A DNA stretch of 64,000 nt from assembly GCF_006345805.1 (NCBI RefSeq), contig NW_021833065.1, positions 310,001 through 374,000 on the forward strand, read 5' to 3'. Source of the DNA: Octopus sinensis. Taxonomy: Eukaryota. The notes below the pieces were generated by a model. The model had not been told where the DNA came from and did not search any database. It saw nothing but the letters and a program-made list of their open reading frames with translations. A program made the position numbers and the translations under genes. Each line of letters starts with the position of its first letter. The stretch's first letter is position 1. Below, in pieces: positions 12,651-25,439 of this stretch.

Positions 12651-15612
12651 GTATGTCGTGAAATGCTAGCGAAGTAGATAAGAAAATGTAACTATAATCA
12701 AAACCACTGAATACTAAAACAACCGTCATGCTTTGAAAGCAATCAAGTGCATGTTATTGGCATGAACTTTTTTTATAACCCTTTCATCTCCTTTTTCTAA
12801 AAATTGCCTCGGCCATATCATCTGTCAGATATGTAATCCAGTTGTATAATTACACATGCTGTGAAATTAAGAACTGGATCAGCATGAACTAACGTTTTAT
12901 TCGTATTTATATGAAACTGACATGTTGATGCTTCGTTTTGTTTGGTCATTAGATTTATTAAATCTTCAGCACTTTGTTTGGAATCTAAACAGTGTTTACC
13001 ATAGTTGTTATTTACTGACTTCTTCACTACCTCTTTAAAAATAAGTGGAGTTATATTAACACATGCTTTAATAATTAATCAATTTCACTGGTGAAAATAT
13101 CTGTGTTAAATTTATAAAGTAAGTCAAAGGGTCTAGCAGCACGTTTGGTTCCTTATGTATTATTTCCTTTGTGATTTTCTAGTTGGCCTCAAAATTGACG
13201 ACTGAATGATGATGGTGTATTTTTAAAAAGAATATATTTAAAGTATAAATGATTCCTCGTTGTGTATGTTTGTGTGTGTGCGCACATGTGCAGGCAATCA
13301 AAAAATTTTGTAAATTTCTGTTTTGATTGGCTGTTGAGACTTAAAATAAAAAGAATTCATATGACCAGTGGAATATTGGAAGAAGTTATATATAAGATTC
13401 TGTAAATGAAGAAATATGAATAAAAGTTTAGTTACAATATGAAAATAACAATTGATATACTTCTGACTAATATTACAATGTGATGAGTGACAAAAATGCA
13501 ATAAAGCCTGATATGGGTCTATAGTTTTAATAAAATAATGCTGTAAGCTGCTTTGATAAACATTTTTACAAAGTGTCTGTAGTATAAAAGATATATTTCA
13601 GATACAAGAAAGATATAACTTAGTGTGATTGATATGATGGTGTGTGACAATAAGAATGTTATCTTGATATCTATACTAGATTAATTTTTTTTATTTTATT
13701 AAGTTTAAAATGTTTGGGGAAAATATATACTGTGCATTGAAAACATTTCAACAATGTAAATGTAGATATTGCTACTATCCAGGTGCTTGTAGAAGGACTT
13801 CTAATTGTAAACACAGTTGCTTCAATAATTTATGTGCAAATAAATTCATTTCTATTCATACTGCTATGATAAAAAAAAAAATATATCACAATGTTACTGA
13901 TAAGTATTACTCAAAGTAGCCGCTAAATTTTTTCCATGTATTTTTCCACTGGGTTTTAAACTGATTTAAGGATTTAACCAATAACCAGATTAATATTTTC
14001 AAATGATAGTACAAGAAAAATCACATTTGAGTGTCAAGATGTTAATCTGTCAAAAATTTCCCATTTGTTTCTTCTTTGAGGTATGGAGGTATCAGAATTA
14101 TGATTGTGATGGCACTTAAATTTCAAGTTCTTCAAACATGTAGGGCTTGGTTTTCCTTTGTATTATCTAATGTGTAACATCTATATTGTGTTTAAGCCAA
14201 TATTTTCAGTACTCATTCTTTTACAGGATATATTTTTCCAAACTTGGTATAATGATTTTGTGTATTGGATGCTTCATATTTTGAAAATAAACTTGATTGT
14301 TGGTTATGTTTGGTATTATATGATGTCACAGTTCAACTAACTAAATTGTCACAACCTATGCATTAATTGTTGCTGCATCTTGGACTTTTATGAGCAGGGC
14401 TCGTGTTTTAGGTTTTTCTTGTGATTTGTCTAACAAGTTTTATAAAGGATTATTGTGTTGTACTGAAGGTTTTTTTGTAGGTGATAATAATTTGTTTTAT
14501 GTCATTATTTCTGGAGTGTGTATATAGTGAGCCATTTGTTTGGTGTGTTGTAAGTCATTTCAGATATGTTACGATAATTTTTAACCTCTTCATACAACTT
14601 AAATGTTGTGATTTTAAATAGCACCTTTTTCAATTGTAGGAAAGATCTTGACTGATTTTCAAAAAGTTAAAGCAAAATATTTTACTACTTCCTTTTTCTC
14701 TTATGGTTTAGTTTACAATGAGTCCACCTAATTCTAAATAACTACCACGGGGTGATATAGATTGCTGTGTATGCAGTGATAGCCCTGTGATATTGGTAAA
14801 TTTTTGTTGGCTTACATTAAAGTATTCAATTCTCCCTATAGAAAAAAGTAATTTTCTTCAAAAGAATTGTGCTTAGCCAGCTACCCATCCTTGTAAAAAA
14901 AAAAATTATAAGAAATTAGAAAAATAAAAAACAAGAGATACCTGTGATGCACCAATTTTTGTCTCATCCATTTGAAAGATAGAGTGGTATGGTATAACAT
15001 ACTTTTGTTATTCTAAAAATGGTGCTTTTCTTCAATAGCTATTATCTTGCTTAATTTTATTACTTTTCTTTAAATATATCTGATGAAAGCCTCCTTATTT
15101 GGATTGACCATTATGAATGTTATCGATAATTGTTTATGAGATTCATTGCCATACTTAGAATGTTTCAAATTTTGCTCAAAAGTGTCTCTATATATACATA
15201 TTTCAATATTGCAAGTATCTTTATAATTACCATCAACAGTATAGTTTACCATTTGAATATTGCAATGGGTCCACAAACTTGTGTTGTCTGTCTACTGGCC
15301 ATCCTATTTGTAAGAATTTAACATAATCAGGCATTTTTTTCCCAAATATTTATTGGTTTGTGTGAAGTTATAACTTTGACCAATTCATAACTTTTCCTCA
15401 CTTGCATGCATCATCCATTCATATGACATCTTGAAGCAGTCACCTGTCCTGCATATATTGGCCAATGCCTTTGATACCCCAGCTGCTTTTGCAACTCACT
15501 TCTGCTCCACCTTTCTTCCAGGTTAACACTGGAAATTCAACAGACTATACTGAATTCATTTCTCCTTCCTAATTATTACACATTCTCTGCATTCAGTGTC
15601 TGTATTACACAG

Positions 15613-15614
<2 letters not shown>

Positions 15615-15656
<42 letters not shown>
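15615..15656. repeat. (AT)n microsatellite
   Basis: Direct observation. Confidence 0.9.
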
Positions 15657-15660
<4 letters not shown>

Positions 15661-18600
15661 AGCCATAACTTTTCATGCACATCTCTACACTGCCTTTCAC
15701 AAAGAGAGAAAACCTTTGTATAAAAAGAAACAAGTTGTAAGGCCTATTATTCCTGTCTATTTTAAAGAATATATTCATTCACAAACTTTATTCTTTGAGA
15801 ATAAAACCTAATTTCTCTATTTTATTCCTTGATTACCATTTTGTTTCTTAAATTTTTTTTTGGCATTGTATCTATTTTTCTAGAAATTAATTGATTATAC
15901 ATTATTATTTGCATTTTTAATGATATATGTCAAATAATTTTGTTTCTTTCTGTAGTTATTCTGTTCGTCCTGATTTTTTAAAAATGAATTTATTTTTTAG
16001 TCTTAAAAAAAATTAATGTATATTTTCATTATTATCCTTATTATTAGTCATTTTATATTAAATTCAAAATTGCTTATAAGGAATTTAATTCCTACAAATG
16101 TGCTTATTTCAGTTGAGAATCTGTATGACTAATATTTAGAACAATATGCTTTTCAATTATGCACAGCCTCTATTCAAGAGGTTCCTCTCTTCTCTCAAAC
16201 TGCTTGATCCCATCTAGCTTGCATATTCTCACCTATTCCTGTGATATAGTGAATATTTGTCTCAAATATTTTCAGTGGCTTTCGCAACTTGTGTGTCTTA
16301 CCCTGCTAAGTGGAAACCAATGTGGTTTGTATTGTGTCCTTTGTATGTCTGTGTCATCCTGCTTAGCAGCTGCTATTCAGCATTTGAGCTTCGTGTGTTG
16401 TCCTTATTGTGGGTAAGGCTGTGAATATTCTGGAATAGTTTTACATTTACAGATTGGATTGTATGTATTATTAGATGAGGGTTTTTTTTTTTTTTCGTTT
16501 TTCTTCAGAACCTTGTCATCTTCATATATACATACCTTCATGTTACTGCCTCAAACCCATTCCTTTGCATGATTTCAGAGCTTTAGTTGCTGCCTTGTTG
16601 TTATTTTTTTCAATTACAAAAAAAAAAAGTAAAATAAATGAAATTTAGATTCTCATGTCTTGAGTAATACATTTATTTTGTTTTTGCTCTGTATCAAATG
16701 AAAATCATTTGAGTTCAATAATTAAATTTTAAAATCTTCAAACTTGATATATTATCCTTTATCATTATTTTTGGTGCAATGGTTATACTATTCATTGATA
16801 TAAGGTTTTTATTTTGTTTCATCTTACAACTATTATGATCAGGCCATATAGTATAATAATGACAAATATTTCCCTAATAGTTCAAGTGTCAACAGTTATA
16901 TTTTGGATGTGTGCTTTTTTAGCTAGAGATTCTATTTTGAATTAGCGTAGTAGATCAGTCTACAGGGGTTAAAGATTAATGAAAACATCATTATCTTTTC
17001 AATATTTCTTACCATTCAGGGCCAGATAGCAGTTATTTAAACTCAGTCTTTTCTTTTTCTCTCTTTTTGAAGTTGATAAAATCAGTGCCAGGATTATACT
17101 TTGATTTAATTAATTATGTACACCACACACTCCTTACAAAAGTTGCTTTGATCCTATCAAAATATTTTGTGAGTGTGTGTTTAATGGTTTTTATCAAGTC
17201 TTATTTTTCTATCTGGTTGCCTTCACTGTCACTACGAGATTCTCTGTTCTCTTATTACTGATATCTTGGTTCCTTATATTGTTGTTGCTTTTCCTGCACT
17301 TCATACTATCCCATCCAAAGAACTATTTAAAGTAAAGCATATTTCTTTACACATAATGACATCTAGCTGATTTGAATGGAATTAATATAAAATTAGTATA
17401 GCCAGTTCTCAGTCCATCTCATACTGTCTTCTTTAAACCAGCCATATCCACCCCAAATATTCTAATTGTTTAATGTTCAAACCAGCCAGATCCAGCCTCT
17501 CACACCTCCCCTACAATGTCATTCTAATCTGAATGCTAAAGGGTTGTGTACACAACTAAGGATTCTGGTCTACATAGCCTTTGACAAAGTCTATGTAGAC
17601 CAGCCTTTGACAAAAATATTTGAAGTTAATTGTTAGATAAACTACACATAATAGAAATCCTTGAATTTTATGACTATAAACACATTTAGTCTTTCTTTGA
17701 AACTATAACTTGGATTTTTAGCTAATGATTTTTTTCAAAGCAAGCTAAACTATATTTACATTCATAAATTCTTCATTGGGTTTGCAGTTGATCCTGACAT
17801 GGTTTATTGCACATTTTTACCTGACAAATTTCTCATAATCCCATTCAGCTTATGAATGGGATTCTACATGCTTACATAACCTATGAGAATTAACAGCCAA
17901 ATATCCTTCAAATTACACCATACTGTCTTCAGAATTGAAGGACACATTGGATAATGTAATCTCAGATCTTTGAGGACAGGATTGTCATGGTTGCTCCTAG
18001 GTTTTGCTTAGTTGAAGCTGACATGGAAGTGAACAACAACTATAAACATGTAGAACAAATGCAAGATAGTTGTTTTCTTTATTTGTAAGGTTGTCTTGCA
18101 ATTTTCTCTGCCTACATATCATTGTTTTATTTAATATCTGAAACTTTTATTTCCTCTACTGAGAATAGACTCTCTCTGCTTCATACCATATGTTCAATGA
18201 TTGTATTGTAGTGATAATGTAAGCTTCTCTTACCATTAGCCCTTGACTACATCTCTACTTTTGATAGCATTTCTTTCCCATAACAGCCTAATTTGTCTAG
18301 GGCACTTTACACTTTTCTCATGCCATTAATATTCACTCCAGCTCAGTAAATGTAGTGTCATCTAAACTCTTCATATAATCTCTACTACATTTTTTTTCTA
18401 CTTCCAAACTGTTTACACACTTCATTTTATCAACAACATTGTTCCTATTTGTTCACTTCTTGGACGTACAACAGTATCTTAGTCCCTGGAAGTCTTTGAT
18501 TGAGCAGACCTTGTAATCAAAGGTGTTTAAGTTGCAACTAAATCATCTTTCTCTTAGGTATTGTGTATCTGTCAATATGCTACTCTCTTTTCAAGATGGT

Positions 18601-19185
18601 GTGGTATAATTTGTAAGAGATTTAGCAGCTATTTCTAATAGTTGAGTGACCACATAAGAGCTCTTTCATTGGCTTGTGTTAACACTAAGGTAAAAACCTT
18701 CCTATAAGTTCTGCTTTGATATGGAGGATAGACATTTCTTTGATTCCATTTCTCTGATTTTTTTTTTTTAACTTGTGAATGGCAACCAGCTCAGGTAGTT
18801 CTCTTTATTGAGACAGGATTTTGAGTTTGTGAAATTTCTTTTGTCAACAGAACAAAATTGAAATGGTTGTTAATTGCAGTTGGTTGAATAGCTTCTGAAA
18901 TTTTAGTTACATCTACTTCCATCAAAACTGTCAAGAATCTCCTGTTTTCTTTGTCTATTTTTATTGCATTACATTATCTATAGCAGTGTACCTTGTTTGA
19001 AAGAAAATCTCCTGTAACAGTCTAGATATCTTTGCCTACTTTCAAAGTAGTTTATACTGGAGCATCAGGTATTCTTTTTCTGAGAGAATTTAAAAATAAA
19101 TTTGGATTAATGAATTACTAGTGTGTTAACTGTATTGAGTCAATGCTGTATTGTACTATAGAATATACCTATAGATTTTTAGCTA

Positions 19186-19376
19186 GGTGGCACGTAAAAA
19201 GCACCCACTACACTCACGGAGTGGTTGGCGTTAGGAAGGGCATCCAGCTGTAGAAACATTGCCAAATTAGACTGGAGCCTGGTGCAGCCTTCTGGCTTCC
19301 CAGAACCCCGGTCGAACCGTCCAACCCATGCTAGCATGGAGAACGGACGTTAAACGACGATGATGATGATGATGAT
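19186..19376 (+). mobile_element. Young 5'-truncated RTE 3' tail
   Basis: ggtggcacgtaaaaagcacccactacactc...ggacgttaaacgac(gat)n, with CpGs intact. Confidence 0.8.
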
Positions 19377-20791
19377 ATGAATAGACAGCTTTTAATACCT
19401 TGTCTGTAATATACAAAATTTTCTGTCTGTAAAGATATTGTATATACAGACAATATGTTTACATCTGTCTGTTCTTAATGTTGGTTAAGAATACATATAT
19501 ATATTCTATAGTATGATACAGCTTTGAAACCAAACACTGTCAATGCACCTGTATTTTAATAATCAAACTACCTGCCAAGAATGTGTTCTATCTTTTATTT
19601 AGTATGCTTATAAGCAGTATCTCTGTGGGTCGTTAAAGAGGTACTCAGTCATTGATAAACTCCCAACACAAGATTGAAACTAGTTCAACTGATTCATCTT
19701 TTCCTATCCATGAAAATGTCTGTGTTCATGCATAGTGTTGACTAAAAAAAAACTGAGTTATATTCTGTAGTACAGTATGGCATTAAAATAAAGTTGTCAT
19801 TTTTATTTAAATGAATATAACTTGTAATTTGGTGTTCAGTATTAATCAAGAAATTATAGGGTTTTTTCTGCAATTTAGTTAAGTGTACTGTGTATTAGAG
19901 TTTAAATCCCATTTTCTTTCCTACATCTATTGTTGATATACACTAAGGTCAGTTAAATCAATTATATACCCTAGTATTATAAAGAATTTTAGAAGAAAAA
20001 GTCTACATATTTTATATTGCCGTTTCTGTTTTAGAGGATGTTTTTTTTTATTCTTGTTTTAGTCATTTGGCTGTGGCCATGTTGGAGCACCGTAAATAAA
20101 TTCATAAACTTTCAAATTTCAAATATATTTGATTCTGTTTGAGTATTTATTATATTCAGTTACTTTGTCATCGTTTTACTTCATTTTGATGCACGTTTTT
20201 TAAAATAAATTATTGAACTAGTTATAAGGTCATAGTGTTTCCATATATGTTTTGTCTATGTTGTTTGTGATGTCTGATTTTTCTTTTCTTCTGATGCTGT
20301 TCCTTCATAGATATGCCTATGGGATTGGTTGTCTGAAACAAAATAGTTCCAAATTTATATTTTTTATATATTTTCTTTTATTTTTAATCATTCGGTATTT
20401 CTATTATTTATATTTTCTACAAATATATGTTAGCTATTTTGCTATTACCAAATTTACTCTTTGTTAATATAAAGTAAGGTTTTATCAATATAATTTTATA
20501 TTTGTGAAGTATACATTAAAAAAAAACTCTGAAAATATATCTTGCAAATCTTTGTTTAGTTGATTCTGTTCCACAGCTTAAAAACTGTCTGCATTGAGTC
20601 AGTCTCTATATTAGGGAGAGATTGGCTACATTTACATGAAATTCATTTAGAAAAACTAATATTGTTTTCTTTAATTCCAATTATTCTTTCACTTTCCAAT
20701 GGAAATTTGGTGAAAAAAGAATTTTATGATTTAATACTTTTAATTTTTTGTTTTGATATAATTTTAATACTTTTCATTTTATTTTCTGCAG

Positions 20792-20825
20792 TACAAAGAA
20801 AGATAAGAAGAAGTCCATATTTTGA
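20792..20825 (+). CDS. SEPT7: Septin-7 terminal coding exon
   Basis: Strong acceptor ttttcattttattttctgcag. In phase with the previous exon it gives (D)TKKDKKKSIF*, matching the polybasic-plus-Phe end of SEPT7/peanut proteins (KKKGKIF, KKKKGLF). It is followed by a long UTR-like tract. Confidence 0.85.
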
Positions 20826-23730
20826 AAAGGAAGTGAAATTGCTTAAAGAATGTTTATGGTTCCACAATTTTATTGGGAGGACTACAACAATAACTTTCTG
20901 ACTGACCAGGATCTGTCAGCAATGTGCAACAAACTGCATTCACTCACTCTCCAGTATTTTCAACATGACTTCTCTTTTCAGCTATCATTTTCAATTCTTT
21001 AGGGTGTCATCTTTTTTGGAATGTAATATTCTGTATCCAATCTACCACAATTTTTCATTGTCATCTTCCTAACTGGATCCTAGTGCCAGACGTTTGCCAA
21101 ATCAGCACTAGTATAATAATACTTCTAATGTAAACATTAGAATCATTTTTATTAATTACATATACCTTTCACCAACATAAAACAAGATCATGTATTTCTA
21201 TATTTACTTACTGTATCATATGCTTCATCTTCCCATAGCATTCATATCTGAGAGATTCAATTTTTGAACGGATGTTCAATTTACAAGTTTTGTCTTTAAA
21301 ATTTATGTGGCTTAGTTAGACATTAACCATTTCTTGATAATAAAATTACACATGTTCTCTGATACTTAGAGAGAAAGAAAGAGCATGAAAGTGAAGTGGT
21401 TTACATTCAAATCATTCATTTTAATAATTTTGATAACTGAAAAATGTGCTATTTATACAGTTTCTGAAGCCAGAGTAGCTTTGGTCATGTGACATAATGG
21501 GGAACAATAAGCAACATGTTGAAAGTGACTGATAAAGGATTAGAACTGATAAAGACTGATAAAAGATTAGAACTGTTGTTAGGCACACCTAGCCATTTTA
21601 TTTTTATTGTTATTCTTTGTAAATATTTTTGATGGTAAAATAAATTCTATCACTAGATTGGTTTCTTCTTAACTGGTAAAGAAGTGAACTATATCAATAG
21701 ATATAAAATCTTATGCATTCTATAATTTTGACTAATTACAGTTGATATTCTATCCAATGACTATCTTTTATTACTAAAGATTAAAAATAAACATGTTCAC
21801 TCTCTGCAAAGAATATAAAATGATAAAGCACCGGTTGTATTACTTGGATATTTTTTCTTTGCCATTATAAAGTTTGTTTTGTTTTTTATTAAGCATAGAA
21901 ACTTCTATAAAGTTACCTGTTCATTTAAAATTTTCTTCTCTAAATTTATTTTCATATGGAATTACTTCACATATTTCACAACATTTACAGTAATTTATCA
22001 AGAAGTAAAAATGAAAAGTTAACCAGTAATGTTATATTATCAAATAAATCTGTGTTTATTATTGGTCTCCACTGCCTTCTTAGTATCACTAAACTCAAAT
22101 TTTGTTTCACATGCATCACCATAAAATAAGTTTCCTTTCAAATGTTATTTTCCCCTCCCTCTATTTTTTTTTTATATTACATTTTATATTCTTTTCACCT
22201 ATACAAAAATATTTATTTCAAGTATCATTTCCAAGTAAACTTAAAAGTTCAGTCTTTGTTTTAGTTTGCAATTATTTATTTAAGTCATATTTATTAAGAA
22301 CAGAAACAAAAACATTTGGTGTAAAAGATCTGCCTTAAATTTACCTTACTTTATAAACATATTTGATAGCTACTGTTCTAATGTGTAGATATACCCACTT
22401 TCTTCTAAAACCAAATGTGTGGTTCTCTTGAGAATGGCATTTTTCAAAGACAATTCATTGCAAAATTAGTTTTTTCAATTTTCCATTAGATAATTTATAT
22501 CTTTATGTATTAAATCATAAACAAACTGGCTCAGTACTTTGTAATTAAGTTTTATTTTATTTTTTACCTTTTATAAATTTTCTTATAATTTCAAATGCTT
22601 CCATCTGTTATAAAATCCTACCTGGAAGTTGTTTTTTTTTTATTTATTTTTGCTATGTACTTCTTTTATATCAATTACCACTTAAAATCAGTAACAAGAA
22701 ATATTAAAATTCAAAAAAGTTAATTTTCTTATTAATTCAACTAAAAAAAGTGCCATCCTATTTCCCATAATCATGCCACATATCATTATAATTAATATGA
22801 AGCCTGTGCCCCATAACATCTAATTTTACCAAGAGTACAACTTTTTTTTTAAAAGACATTTTTCACCATACTTTGTCAAATTTTGCATGCAATTATTTTA
22901 TATCTTGAATCTGTATAGAAGATTTCTTTTTAAATAACCAAGTCAGTTATACACATACCTTCTCATCATGTTTTGTTGTATGTGTCTATATAATTCACCT
23001 TTTGGACTTTTGTAAATGATTGCTGTACCTGGGATCCAATGTGCAATTTTTTTTACTAAATAGTTAATGACATGTGATATATATTAAAAAATACTTATGT
23101 GTTTGCATGATGAATGAAGTGACTGTTCATTCATTAATGTATTCAGTGAATTAATGCTTGTGTATAAGTAAAAAAAATCTGCTCTCAACATTGAAATCAA
23201 AACTGTTATCTTTATATGCTTCCATATCTGCAAACCTTCACTGACAATTCTGATTTTCTGTCAAACTGGCAGCAAACTATTGAATAACTTCAAAACAATT
23301 TTATTAATAAGAAATATCAATTATCAGCTACTGTACTCTTTAAAGTTTAGTATAGAAAAAATAACCATTGTTTTAGGAATTTAAAACAATAATCTATATC
23401 AAAGTGGTTTAATAACGAGGATCTAACTTCTTTATTTAGTTTTATATCTAGCCACATTATTGCATATGATCTACAGAAGAGGCTGGTGCAGATGGTGTTC
23501 ATTATGTGCTTTTAGTATGCAAGGGTTGTGCAGATACTATAATGAGCTTCTAGTATAAGCAGAGAGCATTTGAAACCATTTCATTTGTTTATTTTTTTAT
23601 AATTTGCATTTGTATTTAATTTGTAAGTTGATTTTTTTTTTATTGTAATATTTGTTTTAAATAAAGTATTCATTGTCATTGAATTCTATTTAGTCTAAAT
23701 ATTTGAATAAAAACAGTATAATCATTGAAA
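20826..23730 (+). other. Probable long 3' UTR of SEPT7
   Basis: AT/U-rich, with no recognisable TE copies. Ends at AATAAA hexamers (23660, 23706). The end point is inferred. Confidence 0.55.
23660..23711 (+). terminator. Candidate polyadenylation signals of SEPT7
   Basis: AATAAA at 23660-23665 and 23706-23711, followed by T-rich sequence. Confidence 0.45.
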
Positions 23731-23767
23731 TAGTCAGACTGCTTTTTGTATTTTAATTTCATTTAAA

Positions 23768-23990
23768 ATTTTATTGTCTGGGGAGAGTCATTCCCTTTTA
23801 GTGCCTTATTAATTCAACACACTCACTGGTTTAATTTCCACTCATTTACTTATTTATTTTTACTAAAATTTTCATGATGCAATGAAAATTTTAGTAAAAA
23901 AAATAAATAAGTAAATGAGTGAAAATTAGACCAGTAAGTGTTTAGTTAATAAGGTACTAAAAGAGAATGACTCTCCCCAGACAATAAAAT
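23768..23990. mobile_element. Fold-back (hairpin) MITE-like element
   Basis: ~108-bp arms in near-perfect inverted orientation around a 6-nt loop (23876-23881). A partial copy lies at ~29155-29210. Confidence 0.8.
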
Positions 23991-24034
23991 ATGCTTCAAC
24001 AAACGAATTCACATAAAGAACCTTGCAAACCAAA

Positions 24035-24319
24035 TACAAAAACAAAATTTATTTTAAATGTTTTGCTCATAAGTCTTTGTTTTGAAATTTTTACTTTTGA
24101 TTATTATTAACAAAGAAATAACTCATTAAAAAGATGTCATGTTGAGCATCCAACCAATTTCTCAGAAGAAGAAAAGTACAAAAACAAAATTTATTTTAAA
24201 TGTTTTGCTCATAAATCTTTGTTTTGAAATTTTTACTTTTGATTATTATTAACAAAGAAATAACTCATTAAAAAGATGTCATGTTGAGCATCCAACCAAT
24301 TTCTCAGAAGAAGAAAAGT
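24035..24319 (+). repeat. 142-bp tandem duplication (2 copies)
   Basis: tacaaaaacaaaattt...gaagaagaaaagt repeated at 24035 and 24177, with one visible mismatch. Confidence 0.9.
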
Positions 24320-24588
24320 TGCATAAATTAGCAACAAAACAACAAAAAGTTGTTCAACACTTTTTTCTCACAGCTCCTAGAATTGGCTCTCTGCAATTTA
24401 AGAACCACTGTTTTGGACTAAACTTGAGAAAAAAAATCTACCCTGCGGCCTACTGCTGAACTGTAAACCCTGACCGTCACATTCACTTTGATTGTAAAAT
24501 GCTCAACACTGTTATTATCTCACCTAAACTGACTCCATGCAGCTGTATCTTCTAATCCCATAACATTGAAATATTGATAGACCACACT

Positions 24589-24785
24589 TTTACTCTTTTA
24601 CTTGTTTCAATCATTTGACTGCGGCCATGCTGGAGCACCGCCTTTAGTCGAGCAAATCAACCCCGGGACTTATTCTTTGTAAGCCCAGTACTTATTCTAT
24701 CGGTCTCTTTTGCCGAACCGCTAAGTGACGGGGACGTAAACACACCAGCATCGGTTGTCAAGCAATGCTAGAGGGACAAACACAG

Positions 24786-24816
<31 letters not shown>

Positions 24817-24987
24817 CATATATACGACAGGCTTCTTTCAGTTTCCGTCTACCAAATCCACTCACAAGGCTTTGGCCGGCCCGAGGCTATAGTAGAAGAC
24901 ACTTGCCCAAGATGCCACGCAGTGGGACTGAACCCGGAACCAAAGGTCGGTTAGCAAGCTACCTATCACACAGCCACTCCTGCGCCT
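24589..24987 (-). mobile_element. tRNA-derived SINE, well preserved
   Basis: Close reverse complement of 33470-33872. Confidence 0.8.
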
Positions 24988-25439
24988 ATGTAAAACTTCT
25001 TGATAAAATTCAAGGAGTTTACTCTAAAGCCTATTCATTGTCAGTTTTGCTTCCACCTCTACAAGTACTTGGTCATAAGCATGTCAGAGTTCCCACAGAC
25101 AGTTGGTTTTAAATTCCTGTTATGGCTTGAAGAACTATAATAAACAGAAGGAGGCTGAGAACCAACACTTGACAGACACCTTCCTGATACTAAATTCATT
25201 ACCAACAAGTAGCAATCAAGTAGCTGGTTGGTTTTCCCGAAGTTTATGTTGCAAATGGTTAGCTATGTCAATGACATGTAGCATGAACTTCTTAACCATC
25301 ATATAGCGGTACTGATCTAAATTATGCAATAGCATTATTGGGGAGCCTTCTTTTAAATTGAAGTCTGTGTAGCAGTAGAGCTGAAGGTCTTGAAAACTTT
25401 TATATCTTTATATGTGTGCATACATATATAAGGAGCTAC

